Under the pieces are notes generated by a model. The model was not told the origin of the DNA. It did not search any database and saw only the letters and a list, made by a program, of their open reading frames with translations. From a virus (Duplodnaviria; Caudoviricetes): DNA of 40,971 nucleotides. A program made the translations under genes and the position numbers. Positions 14,322 to 22,395 of the stretch are shown in pieces. Every line of letters begins with the position of its first letter. Position 1 is the stretch's first letter. The DNA lies in the IMG/VR virus record IMGVR_UViG_3300044976_000016, positions 1-40,971 of that record; one strand, written 5' to 3'.

Positions 14322-14545
14322 TGCTTGCCCTCCGCTTTGGCGATGGCATACCGTGCCATTTCGGCCATGTTCTCAGCCAGCAACTCGGCCAACTGCTCGC
14401 ACAGATCGCGCAGTGCTTCGCACTCTGTGGGTCCGCGACCGGTGGGGCCGTTTGCCTCGCCCTCATCGGCCTTGAGATATGCCATCCAGTCGTACATCGT
14501 GGTAGGCACGGGAGGGCGCACGTAGGATGTGACGATGAGGCTCAT
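14318..14545 (-). CDS. Hypothetical protein (…PPVPTTMYDWMA…G.GPTE.EAL.DL)
   Basis: SD GGAGG, ATGA coupling; phage-type motif. Confidence 0.65.
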   Translation of the reverse strand: MSLIVTSYVRPPVPTTMYDWMAYLKADEGEANGPTGRGPTECEALRDLCEQLAELLAENMAEMARYAIAKAEGKQ

Positions 14546-14745
14546 TGCTTGCCCTCCGCTATCTCGCACTGATCCGTTGCGTCGAGCAGCATCTGCGCCA
14601 GCGCTCGCGCCTTCGCGGGCGGTAGCCGCACGCCTCCGCTCATCGGGCCGGCGAACAGGTGAAACCAAACGGTCTTGTTGTCAGGCCTGGCGGAGAAGTC
14701 CCATTCGACTTCGTGGGGCAGATTGATAATGATGTGCTTCGTCAT
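14542..14745 (-). CDS. Hypothetical protein
   Basis: ATGA-coupled. Confidence 0.55.
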   Translation of the reverse strand: MTKHIIINLPHEVEWDFSARPDNKTVWFHLFAGPMSGGVRLPPAKARALAQMLLDATDQCEIAEGKQ

Positions 14746-15299
14746 GCCGCCCCCTGGTCTTCCGCTGCGCTGATCGCCGCCTCTTCCGCGGCCTCGGCTG
14801 CCTCGCCTTCGAGCCGGAGCGTGATCGCATCGACCAGTTCATCGGCCAGCGTATCGCCAGCGTTGTCCCCGAAGGCCTCCGCGGGCGCCATCCACTCGCC
14901 ACCGAACCAGATCAGCAGGTCATCGATCTCGCTGCTCGTGCGACCGTGCAGGTCTTCGTCCACGTAGAACGACACGAGCACGTGCATGTCGGCCTTGCCG
15001 AGCGTGACGGTGTGGCGCTCGTAGTGCTGCCACCGCGGCCCGATGGGCTTCGGCGGGTGCTTCATCGCGTCCAACTCCGCGCGGAGGTGGCGGGCTTCGG
15101 CGGTCATCTCCCCGACCGTGCCTGCGAGCCGCGCGATGCGCTGGGCGTCGCTCTCGACGTGCGCGGGGTACTGAGCCCGCTCGCCGGTCAGCGGCGGAAC
15201 CTGCGCCCAGCGGTGCTCCAGCATGCGGGCGCTGCCGGTGGGCTCGTTGCCAGGAATGTCGGCGGTTGTGACGCCGGGCGGCATGTTCCAGGTGCTCAT
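14742..15299 (-). CDS. First gene of the early-left operon (MSTWNMPPGVT..DIPGN), acidic C-terminus
   Basis: SD GGAGG; directly downstream of the pL-like promoter. Confidence 0.65.
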   Translation of the reverse strand: MSTWNMPPGVTTADIPGNEPTGSARMLEHRWAQVPPLTGERAQYPAHVESDAQRIARLAGTVGEMTAEARHLRAELDAMKHPPKPIGPRWQHYERHTVTLGKADMHVLVSFYVDEDLHGRTSSEIDDLLIWFGGEWMAPAEAFGDNAGDTLADELVDAITLRLEGEAAEAAEEAAISAAEDQGAA

Positions 15300-15357
15300 C
15301 GCTGCATCCCTCCGCGCCGCTGACTCCCACGAGCCACATTGCGACGCGATGGAAGAG

Positions 15358-15386
15358 ATTAGACAAGGCTGACCAAGGCTTGTCAA
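15358..15386 (-). promoter_or_regulatory. pL-like sigma70 promoter (TTGACA-17-TCTAAT) with TTAGACA/TGTCTAA operator-like boxes
   Basis: Perfect -35 and 17-bp spacer; TTAGACA recurs inverted at ~15396 and at ~15723 in pR. Confidence 0.7.
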
Positions 15387-15435
15387 TACAAAACTGTCTA
15401 ATCCCGACAAAAATACAAGGGATTGCGGGGCCTAC

Positions 15436-15741
15436 TCAAGGCGCCCGGTACAGCAGTTCCCACGCCCGCAGGCCGCATCCTGCCGCAATTTCTTCCAGCT
15501 TGTCCAGCGTCACGGCATGCTGGCCTTTCGCGGCCCTGGCGATCAGCCGCACATCAAGCCCGCGAGCCATGGCCCAGGCACGCACGCTAGGGCGCTTCCC
15601 ACGCGGTGTGTCGGCCGCGATCATCCGCCGCAAATTTGCGGCAAGAATGGCTCGAGCCGACTCGTGATGCAGAAAAAGACCGCGCGGCTTAGTATGGTAT
15701 GAATGTTGAAAAACTTGCACTCTTAGACAGGATTGCCGCAC
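15436..15741 (-). CDS. Short XRE-family HTH repressor (CI-like); start uncertain
   Basis: ILAANLRRM…VTLDKLEEIAAGCGLRAWELL; divergent from the cro-like gene; no peptidase domain. Confidence 0.7.
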   Translation of the reverse strand: MRQSCLRVQVFQHSYHTKPRGLFLHHESARAILAANLRRMIAADTPRGKRPSVRAWAMARGLDVRLIARAAKGQHAVTLDKLEEIAAGCGLRAWELLYRAP

Positions 15742-15744
15742 AAT
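15715..15744 (+). promoter_or_regulatory. pR-like promoter (TTGCAC-18-CACAAT), probably giving a leaderless cro mRNA
   Basis: -10 ends 6 nt before ATG 15751; no SD; TTAGACA box in the spacer. Confidence 0.55.
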
Positions 15745-15750
15745 GCTCCC

Positions 15751-15948
15751 ATGTTGACACGAGAGTCTTTGGCCGATCTGTTGCGCGATGTGCGCGTCAT
15801 TGATGTTGCCCGCGAAGCCGCGGTCTGCACGAAGACGATCTATCGCCTACGGCACCAGGCACACGCGCCCACCCTCACCACGCTGGAGCGTGTGCTCAAG
15901 GCAGTTGAGCGCGTCAAAGAGCGCAAGGCCGCGCCTGATGCTGCTTGA
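15751..15948 (+). CDS. Cro-like HTH protein
   Basis: VIDVAREAAVCTKTIYRLR…PTLTTLERV. Confidence 0.75.
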   Translation: MLTRESLADLLRDVRVIDVAREAAVCTKTIYRLRHQAHAPTLTTLERVLKAVERVKERKAAPDAA

Positions 15949-16165
15949 CGCCATGGCCCCGTGCCAGGGTCGTCACATCGCTGTGAGCAATCGGCATGCC
16001 GGTATCTGCATCGGCTGCGCACGCTGGCACCCGCGCACGCGCTCGCCGCGAGCGATCGAGCCCGCAGCGGCCCAAGACGCGGAAGGCGTCTATCAGTGCA
16101 TCAACAGGCGCAGCAGTGGACATCCGGTCACTGTGGACCTCGAACAGTCGGCGTCACATCCCTAA
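15938..16165 (+). CDS. Small Cys-rich hypothetical protein
   Basis: Overlaps the cro stop; C…CxxCxR…C pattern. Confidence 0.45.
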   Translation: MLLDAMAPCQGRHIAVSNRHAGICIGCARWHPRTRSPRAIEPAAAQDAEGVYQCINRRSSGHPVTVDLEQSASHP

Positions 16166-16207
16166 CTCTCGGCATGTGGCAATAAACAGCATTCGGAGAA
16201 GTCGGGA

Positions 16208-16441
16208 ATGGTCGAACTCAAGCCTTGCCCCTTCTGCGCCGCCGATGGCGAGTGGATGATGGACCTGTTTGACACGTTCGACGCCGGCCACATCGCATAC
16301 GTCCGATGCGGTCGATGCGACTCCGCTGGGCCGAGCAAGTATTCCGAGGTCAGCGCGCAGGACGCGGCCAATGAAGCGCGGGTCATGTGGAACCGGAGGT
16401 GCCGTAGGCAATCCTCGTGCCCTCCGCTTTCCTGTCGTTGA
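16208..16441 (+). CDS. Lar-family (restriction alleviation-like) zinc-ribbon protein
   Basis: ELKPCPFC…VRCGRC…GP…A…WNRR signature. Confidence 0.7.
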   Translation: MVELKPCPFCAADGEWMMDLFDTFDAGHIAYVRCGRCDSAGPSKYSEVSAQDAANEARVMWNRRCRRQSSCPPLSCR

Positions 16442-16453
16442 GATGAGGGCAGC

Positions 16454-16660
16454 ATGAACCGCTACGCAACCCAAGGCCGGCTGCTCATCGAGGCGATCCG
16501 CAATCGCCCGATGACGTATCAAGAAATGCTCAAGGTCGGCATCTCGACGGCGCCCTGGAAGCGCGTGGCCGAAAGCCTCGGCCCGCAAGAACGCATCAGC
16601 AAGGGCGTGCGGGTCGTCGGCGGGCGCTCTCTCGTGACGTGGCGGGTGGTGCGGGCGTGA
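16454..16660 (+). CDS. Small putative DNA-binding protein
   Basis: SD GAGG; GTGA-coupled to the initiator gene. Confidence 0.6.
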   Translation: MNRYATQGRLLIEAIRNRPMTYQEMLKVGISTAPWKRVAESLGPQERISKGVRVVGGRSLVTWRVVRA

Positions 16661-17469
16661 TCGAACATCCAGATCCATTGGTCACGTCCGACGTTGACTG
16701 CACAGACCTCGACGGCTTCATGCTAAACGTCGAGCGGCTGATGGCATCGGAGTTGGTCGCGCTGTCTTCGCACGAGGTGATCGGCGCGGCTCTGCTGCTC
16801 TGGTGCCGAGCGTGGAAACAGCGCCCAGCGGCCAGCCTGCCCAACGACGACAAGGTGAACGCGGCATTCGCGCGAATGCCGTTGGCGCGCTTCCGCAAGC
16901 TGCGCGCCGAGGTGCTGCGCGGTTTCGTGCTGTGTTCAGACGGCAGGCTTTATCACGCGACGCTAGCTAAGGAAGCGGCGAACGCGTACGCGCGCAAGGT
17001 CGCGTTTCAGCACAAGCGCGAAACAGATGCAGAACGCCTGCGGAAATGGCGTAACAGTACGCGGCATGAAACGCATGGCGAAACGCCACCTGAAACGCGT
17101 TTCGTCGCGGAAGGACAGGGACAGGGACAGGGACAAGAAATACATTCCGAAGCTATCGCTTCGGGCGGCAAGCCGCCGCCGCCCACAGACCGTGACCTCG
17201 TGTTCGCCAACGGCGTCCCGCTGCTCACCGCTGCCGGCGTGAGGGAGAGCAACGCCCGAAGTTTCCTGGCGGCTCAGTGCAAGTCCCACGGGGAAAGGGC
17301 GGTTGTCGAGGCACTGGCGACATGCGCAAGGGAAAGCCCCGTGCAGCCGGTGCCGTGGCTGCAGACCGCGCTGGCCGGCAAGCCCAAGCCTCGCAGGTCC
17401 GAGGCGCTGATGGACGGAAACATCGCCGCGGTACGGCGCTACCTCGAAGCCACGGGAGAAGCCCAATGA
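16657..17469 (+). CDS. Replication initiator (DUF1376/YdaU-like, lambda O analogue)
   Basis: FMLNVERLMASE…LWCRAW…ASLPNDD…DGRLYH; internal repeats and GQGQGQ linker. Confidence 0.75.
   Translation: MIEHPDPLVTSDVDCTDLDGFMLNVERLMASELVALSSHEVIGAALLLWCRAWKQRPAASLPNDDKVNAAFARMPLARFRKLRAEVLRGFVLCSDGRLYHATLAKEAANAYARKVAFQHKRETDAERLRKWRNSTRHETHGETPPETRFVAEGQGQGQGQEIHSEAIASGGKPPPPTDRDLVFANGVPLLTAAGVRESNARSFLAAQCKSHGERAVVEALATCARESPVQPVPWLQTALAGKPKPRRSEALMDGNIAAVRRYLEATGEAQ
17066..17136. repeat. Putative origin iterons: three GAAACGC at 12-bp spacing followed by GGACA(G) repeats
   Basis: atGAAACGCatg gcGAAACGCcac ctGAAACGCgtt inside the initiator gene, as for lambdoid origins. Confidence 0.5.
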
Positions 17470-17930
17470 TCGACCGAAAACGCCTCGCCGCGAGCCTCGC
17501 AGGAGCCTACGGGTTCTACGGCCAGGAGCTGACCGAATTTGCCATGCGCGTATGGGCTGACGCCCTGGACGGCATCGACGCAGACACCATCGACGCGGCA
17601 TTCTCGCGGCACCTGCGCGACATCGATGCTGGGCGCTGGTGCCCCAAGCCGGCGGACATCCTGCGGCAGATTCGCGGCGATGTGGCCGAGCAGGCGCTGA
17701 TTGCCTGGGGTGAGGTGATTTCGGCGGCGCGCTCCGGTGGCGGTGTGTTCGATGGACCCACGCAGCGGGCCATCGACAGCATGGGCGGGATGGGTCGTTT
17801 GAGGCTGGCGCGCGAGGACGAGAACGGCTTTCTGCAGCGGCAATTTGTCGCGGCTTACAAGGCATTCAGGGCGCGCGAGGAATCGCCTCCGCTGCTGGAG
17901 ACTGATGCGGTCAAGAGGCTTACGGCATGA
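17466..17930 (+). CDS. Putative helicase loader / P-like replication protein
   Basis: Follows the initiator; W…L…AF..H…PKPADI…AW…MGG…F..AY pattern. Confidence 0.6.
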   Translation: MIDRKRLAASLAGAYGFYGQELTEFAMRVWADALDGIDADTIDAAFSRHLRDIDAGRWCPKPADILRQIRGDVAEQALIAWGEVISAARSGGGVFDGPTQRAIDSMGGMGRLRLAREDENGFLQRQFVAAYKAFRAREESPPLLETDAVKRLTA

Positions 17931-18115
17931 CACCTCACTGCATGGGCGGCTGGTGCGATTTCCGCCACCGCTGCCACGATCACCTCAAGGAAGACAGGAC
18001 CATCGTGGTCGAGCGGTTGTGCAAAAAGGGCCAGGAGATGCCGACGACGCCCTATGACAGCGACCCAAGGTTCGCTCAGTGGGTGGCAGCGAGAAGGCCG
18101 GAGAAAGTTTCGTGA
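17927..18115 (+). CDS. Small Cys-rich protein (CMGGWC..R..C)
   Basis: ATGA-coupled. Confidence 0.55.
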   Translation: MTPHCMGGWCDFRHRCHDHLKEDRTIVVERLCKKGQEMPTTPYDSDPRFAQWVAARRPEKVS

Positions 18116-18681
18116 GCCGAGTTAGTTTCAGCACCTACGCGCGCTTGATTCTCGCGCTGCCTGGTACGGCCGAGGAAGTCGCCGGAAGGTCAGGCATGAC
18201 CACGACGTGCACTCGGCGCCTGCTGCGGCAGTTTTGGTCATTGCGGCTCGTCCACCCGGGCGCCGTCCTCGCACAGGGTAAGACTCGCACTGCGATATGG
18301 CTTGCTGGGGACGGGCAAGTCGCCACCGGAGCGCGGGTCGGGAAGAAGCTCCGGCCCCTGATCATGCACATCACGTTCGCGCATGCGTGGCGCGGGCTCG
18401 ATCTAGGCGCCACGGTGCCAGACCTGTCGGAGCAATGCGGCATCTACCGAAGTGTGCTCTATCGGATGCTAAAAACCATGCGCAAGCAGTGTGCCGTGCA
18501 TGTATGCGGCTGGGAGCGCGATGCGCTGGGCCGGTACGTCGCTGTCTGGACGCTGGGGGAAGGCAAAGATGCCAGGAAACCGCCGCCGCTTCCGAGGGAC
18601 GGCACCATGCGCATGAAGCGCACCGCTACGAACAAGGCAATGTCACTGCTTACAGCCGACGCATGGAGAGAGGCGGCATGA
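18112..18681 (+). CDS. Tandem winged-helix DNA-binding protein
   Basis: Two HTH-wing repeats; the second resembles 12764..13096. Confidence 0.6.
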   Translation: MSRVSFSTYARLILALPGTAEEVAGRSGMTTTCTRRLLRQFWSLRLVHPGAVLAQGKTRTAIWLAGDGQVATGARVGKKLRPLIMHITFAHAWRGLDLGATVPDLSEQCGIYRSVLYRMLKTMRKQCAVHVCGWERDALGRYVAVWTLGEGKDARKPPPLPRDGTMRMKRTATNKAMSLLTADAWREAA

Positions 18682-18687
18682 AGGTGG

Positions 18688-19098
18688 CTAGGTTGGTATT
18701 GACCGAGCAGCGTTCGCGCCACCACGGGCCGGGGAGGTGGCTTGCCGGGGCGGGCGAAACCACAGCGCGAACTCCAGCCGCACATACGGCAGGCACCAGT
18801 CTCCCGGCGGCACATACGAGCCGCGCTCCGGTGATCCGACCATGAGCGCGAGGCAGAGTAGCTCCATGCTCGATGGCGGGATCTGACGGTGGCAGGGGTC
18901 CGCAGGCTTGCGGCGCCAGTTGCGCCACGTCTGCACGCCAGCGCGGCAGAGCGATGCCATCTGCGCGTCGGTGAGGCCGGCACGGGCCTGCAGGTCGATC
19001 AGGACGTCCGGGGTCGCTGGCTGCGAGCCCAGTGGCAGCGATGGCGTGACGACGGCCAGGGCGCGAGGCCCCGGCTTGCGGCCGGGGTGGTTGGGCAT
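18688..19098 (-). CDS. XRE-type HTH protein (MPNHPGR…AGLTDAQMASLCRAGVQTWRNW)
   Basis: HTH signature; antisense to flanking genes. Confidence 0.65.
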   Translation of the reverse strand: MPNHPGRKPGPRALAVVTPSLPLGSQPATPDVLIDLQARAGLTDAQMASLCRAGVQTWRNWRRKPADPCHRQIPPSSMELLCLALMVGSPERGSYVPPGDWCLPYVRLEFALWFRPPRQATSPARGGANAARSIPT

Positions 19099-19099
19099 G

Positions 19100-19312
19100 T
19101 CAGCGGGCCGAGTGCGTTGCTGGCAGGTAGTCATAGACGGCGCCGACATGCGCGCGTGCGCCGGCCGCCTTGCGAGCGGCGCTTATCGCCGCTTGCCGCG
19201 TTGTGTGCCTCGTGAACCGCCGGATCACCGGCGCAGGCGCCGGAAGCCCGCCACTTTGTTCGCTTGGCTTTTCGTCGCCGAGTTCGACCGCCACCCAATG
19301 CTTTGCAGACAT
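19100..19312 (-). CDS. Hypothetical protein co-transcribed with the HTH gene
   Basis: SD GGAG; stop 1 bp before the HTH ATG. Confidence 0.5.
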   Translation of the reverse strand: MSAKHWVAVELGDEKPSEQSGGLPAPAPVIRRFTRHTTRQAAISAARKAAGARAHVGAVYDYLPATHSAR

Positions 19313-19373
19313 TCTGTTATCTCCCGCCCACTGCCCGGGGCCCGGGTCGCAGCACCGTGCTGCGATGTGTTGC

Positions 19374-19402
19374 ACTATATCCCATTGGGATGTTATGCGC
19401 AA
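19374..19402 (-). promoter_or_regulatory. Sigma70 promoter TTGCGC-17-TATAGT with palindromic operator ATCCCA-T-TGGGAT (19379-19391)
   Basis: AT-rich island; palindrome lies in the spacer and abuts the -10. Confidence 0.65.
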
Positions 19403-19459
19403 CCCCCTAAACATGGGGGGGTGTCGCATGAGACAAGGCAATGAAGCATGGAGGGGTGG

Positions 19460-19672
19460 ATGATGGAAGTGAAAGCTGAGTTCAAGAATGGTGCGTGCCG
19501 TCTTCACTTGGTGCCCGCCGACGAGTGGGAAAAGTTGCTACTTGGCGCGGTGGCAAAGGGTGGCGAGACGTTGAGCGCGGTTGTTACGTACAAGTCTGAA
19601 GGGCATTTCACGTACGGCAAATGCGAGGCTGTGCATGTGCTGCTAGAGGCCGGCGGCGTAAGTCAGCCATGA
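19460..19672 (+). CDS. Hypothetical protein
   Basis: SD GGAGG; ATGA-coupled to the nuclease gene. Confidence 0.55.
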   Translation: MMEVKAEFKNGACRLHLVPADEWEKLLLGAVAKGGETLSAVVTYKSEGHFTYGKCEAVHVLLEAGGVSQP

Positions 19673-19962
19673 GACGCGCCGCCCGCACCGACGACAACCA
19701 CGCGGACATCGTGCAGGCCCTGCGATCTGCTGGCGCTGCCGTTCAGTCTCTCGCCGCAATCGGCGACGGATGCCCGGATCTGCTCATCGGATACGCAGGC
19801 AGGACTGCGGTGGTGGAAATCAAAGACGGAAGCAAGCCCCCAAGCCGGCAGCGACTGACTCCAGCCGAAAGCGCCTGGCACGCAGGATGGACCGGCGGCA
19901 CTCTCGCTATCGTCAGCGATGTGGAATCGGCAATGAGACTTCTGAGAGTGATGGCAGCGTGA
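19669..19962 (+). CDS. PD-(D/E)xK nuclease (VRR-NUC / resolvase-like)
   Basis: RAARTDDNH…G.PDLL……VEIKDG…LT..E..W. Confidence 0.8.
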   Translation: MRRAARTDDNHADIVQALRSAGAAVQSLAAIGDGCPDLLIGYAGRTAVVEIKDGSKPPSRQRLTPAESAWHAGWTGGTLAIVSDVESAMRLLRVMAA

Positions 19963-20168
19963 CAAGGGACGAACAGGTTTTCAGGCTATGGCGCCTGCTG
20001 GACGACATCGACACGCTGGACGACATGTGCAGGTTTGATGACGAAAGATTCCGCGACATGGCGCGAGAGGTGCAGCGGCAGCGGTTCGCAATCCTGAGCG
20101 GCGAGGACTTCGAGGAGCTTTGGCGGAAGTACGAAAATCCGTCAGACGGGATGGTGCGCAATGCTTGA
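19959..20168 (+). CDS. Hypothetical protein (LWRLLDDIDTLDD)
   Basis: GTGA-coupled. Confidence 0.55.
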   Translation: MTRDEQVFRLWRLLDDIDTLDDMCRFDDERFRDMAREVQRQRFAILSGEDFEELWRKYENPSDGMVRNA

Positions 20169-20189
20169 AGAATTGCAGGTGATGGCAGC

Positions 20190-20444
20190 ATGAAAGACCA
20201 AGAAGCCCTTATCGAAGAAGCTAAGGCAGCAGGCTTGTGGCTGAACTGCCATGACCTTTGGTTTCCCCCCGAAGACCTGCAGAACCTGAACAAAGCCGGC
20301 AGGTTTCGATGGGGAGCATCAAACTGGACATTGCGCGACCCAATGGAGCGCCTAGCGGAAATCGACGCCCACATTTCCCGTGTCCATGCCGAGCGCGAAG
20401 CATTTGCAGCACGAATTGCAGCGGCAACACAAGTAAGCGGATAA
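20190..20444 (+). CDS. Hypothetical protein (WFPPEDL…GRFRWGASNWTLRDP)
   Basis: Well-formed ORF with SD-like AGGTG. Confidence 0.6.
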   Translation: MKDQEALIEEAKAAGLWLNCHDLWFPPEDLQNLNKAGRFRWGASNWTLRDPMERLAEIDAHISRVHAEREAFAARIAAATQVSG

Positions 20445-20454
20445 TCACACTTAC

Positions 20455-20880
20455 ATGGCGATCAGTCAGGAAATCAGGGATCGAATCTGCGAGGAAATCG
20501 CCGCAGGACGAAGCCTGCGCGAAATCGTCAAGGAAGATTGGGCGCCGCATCGACGCGACGTTCACAAGGAATTGATTGCCGACGCTGCGTTTGCCGACCA
20601 GTACGCGCGCGCGCGGGAAGCGCAGGCCGACGTGCTGTTTGACGAGATTCAGGAGATTGCCGACGACGCGCGCAACGATTGGATGGAGCGCAACGGGCAA
20701 GATGCGGCCGGTTGGCAACTAAACGGCGAGCATGTACAGCGTTCTAGACTGCGGATTGATGCGCGCAGGTGGATGGCCGGCAAGCTCAGGCCGAAGAAGT
20801 ATGGCGAGCGGCTGGATATCGACGCCAAGGTCGAGCATGTTGGTCTAGCCGATGCACTCAAGCAGCTCCGATCTGGTTAA
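20455..20880 (+). CDS. terS: Terminase small subunit (Sf6/P22-like)
   Basis: ICEEIAAGRSLREI…YARAREAQAD…EIADD…RLRIDARRW…L.PKKYG. Confidence 0.9.
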   Translation: MAISQEIRDRICEEIAAGRSLREIVKEDWAPHRRDVHKELIADAAFADQYARAREAQADVLFDEIQEIADDARNDWMERNGQDAAGWQLNGEHVQRSRLRIDARRWMAGKLRPKKYGERLDIDAKVEHVGLADALKQLRSG

Positions 20881-22237
20881 CATCATCCGCGGCTGGCGCA
20901 AGGCCGGTCCTGCGGAGTGGGCGCGCGAGGTGCTAGGCGTCACGCCAACGGCCCAGCAGTGCGAAGCCGGCAAAGCGATCGTGGAAAAGCGCCGGGTGTC
21001 GATCCGCTCGGGCCACGGCACTGGCAAGAGCACGTTCATGGCGTGGTCGGTGCTGTGGTTTTTGAGCTGCTACTTCCCGAGCAAGATCCCATGCACAGCC
21101 CCGACGGGGCACCAGCTTGATGACATTCTGTGGGCTGAGCTAGCCAAGTGGCTCTCGGTGATGAAAGACCGCGTGCCTCAGCTCGCCGCGGAGTTTGAGT
21201 GGAAGTCGGAAACCATCGAGCTTAAGGCGGCGCCGCGGGAGTCCTTCGCTGTCGCCCGGACCTCACGCCCGGAGCGTCCCGAGGCCCTGCAAGGCTTCCA
21301 CAGCGAGAACATTCTGTTCGTCATTGACGAGGCCAGCGGCATCCCTGACGAGGTTTTCCAGGTGGCCGAGGGTGCTTTATCCACGGATGGGGCATTCGTC
21401 CTGATGGCGGCCAACCCGACCCGCATGGATGGGTACTTCTACGACAGCCACCACAAGATGCGGGCCCGCTGGGCGGCGCTGCACTGGAACGGCGAAGACT
21501 CACCGATGGTCAGCCGCGATTACGTCGCGGACATGGCGGCGAAGTACGGGGTTGAGTCCGCGATCTACCGTATCCGGGTCCGTGGCGACTTTGCCGGCAA
21601 CCCGGACGGCATCATCCCGCTAGACCTGATCGAAGCCGCACAGCGCCGAGATGTGAAGGATTTTGGGGATGAGGTGTGGGGATTGGACGTTGCCCGCTTT
21701 GGTGAGGACCGCACAGCCCTGTGCAAGCGCAGGAAGAACGCCATGCGGGTTCCGGTCGAATCCTGGCGTGGCAAAGACACGATGCAGACCGCCGGCCTGG
21801 TGAAACTGCGCTATGACGCGGCGCCGAAGAAGCCGGAAGCGATCTACGTGGACGTGATCGGCCTCGGGGCGGGTGTCGTGGACCGGATGAAGGAATTGGG
21901 GCTCCCCGTGGTCGGGGTCAACGTGGCCGAATCTCCCAGCGCAAACGACAAATACATGAGGCTCAGGGACGAACTATGGTTCAAGGCGCGGGAGTGGTTT
22001 GCGGCGCGGGATGTGGCTATCTGCGAAGACGATCCGCTAGTCGCGGAACTGACCCTACCGACGTACAAAGTGACATCGGCGGGGAAGATTCAGGTCGAGA
22101 GCAAAGACGACATGAAGCGCCGCGGTGTGATAAGCCCGGACCTTGCAGATTCGTTTTGCCTGACGTTCGCTCAAGGTAGGCCGATGTCTAAGAGTTGGAA
22201 TAGGCCGCTGGTGTATCCGAAGGGCGGCGTGATATGA
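20852..22237 (+). CDS. terL: Terminase large subunit
   Basis: Walker A RSGHGTGKS, Walker B FVIDEASG, motif III ANP, nuclease GLDVARFGED…SPDLAD. Confidence 0.95.
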   Translation: MHSSSSDLVNIIRGWRKAGPAEWAREVLGVTPTAQQCEAGKAIVEKRRVSIRSGHGTGKSTFMAWSVLWFLSCYFPSKIPCTAPTGHQLDDILWAELAKWLSVMKDRVPQLAAEFEWKSETIELKAAPRESFAVARTSRPERPEALQGFHSENILFVIDEASGIPDEVFQVAEGALSTDGAFVLMAANPTRMDGYFYDSHHKMRARWAALHWNGEDSPMVSRDYVADMAAKYGVESAIYRIRVRGDFAGNPDGIIPLDLIEAAQRRDVKDFGDEVWGLDVARFGEDRTALCKRRKNAMRVPVESWRGKDTMQTAGLVKLRYDAAPKKPEAIYVDVIGLGAGVVDRMKELGLPVVGVNVAESPSANDKYMRLRDELWFKAREWFAARDVAICEDDPLVAELTLPTYKVTSAGKIQVESKDDMKRRGVISPDLADSFCLTFAQGRPMSKSWNRPLVYPKGGVI

Positions 22238-22395
22238 CGATGCGCTCGGTGAACGCCGAGATTGCTGCTTTGCGGCAAACCCTCGAAGAAATGCGGCGTG
22301 GAATGGCCGATTTGCAGGCGCGGTTATTGGCATTAGAATCGCGCCCGTGGCAAACGAAACCCTACTCGCGGCAATCGAGAGGCACGAAACCCTAG
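22234..22395 (+). CDS. Small coiled-coil protein
   Basis: Read manually; ATGA-coupled to terL. Confidence 0.4.
   Translation: MTMRSVNAEIAALRQTLEEMRRGMADLQARLLALESRPWQTKPYSRQSRGTKP

Noticed and set aside
17113-17136. GGACAG tandem repeat as a contingency locus
   Set aside because: The 6-bp unit keeps frame and encodes the GQGQGQ linker common in phage initiators
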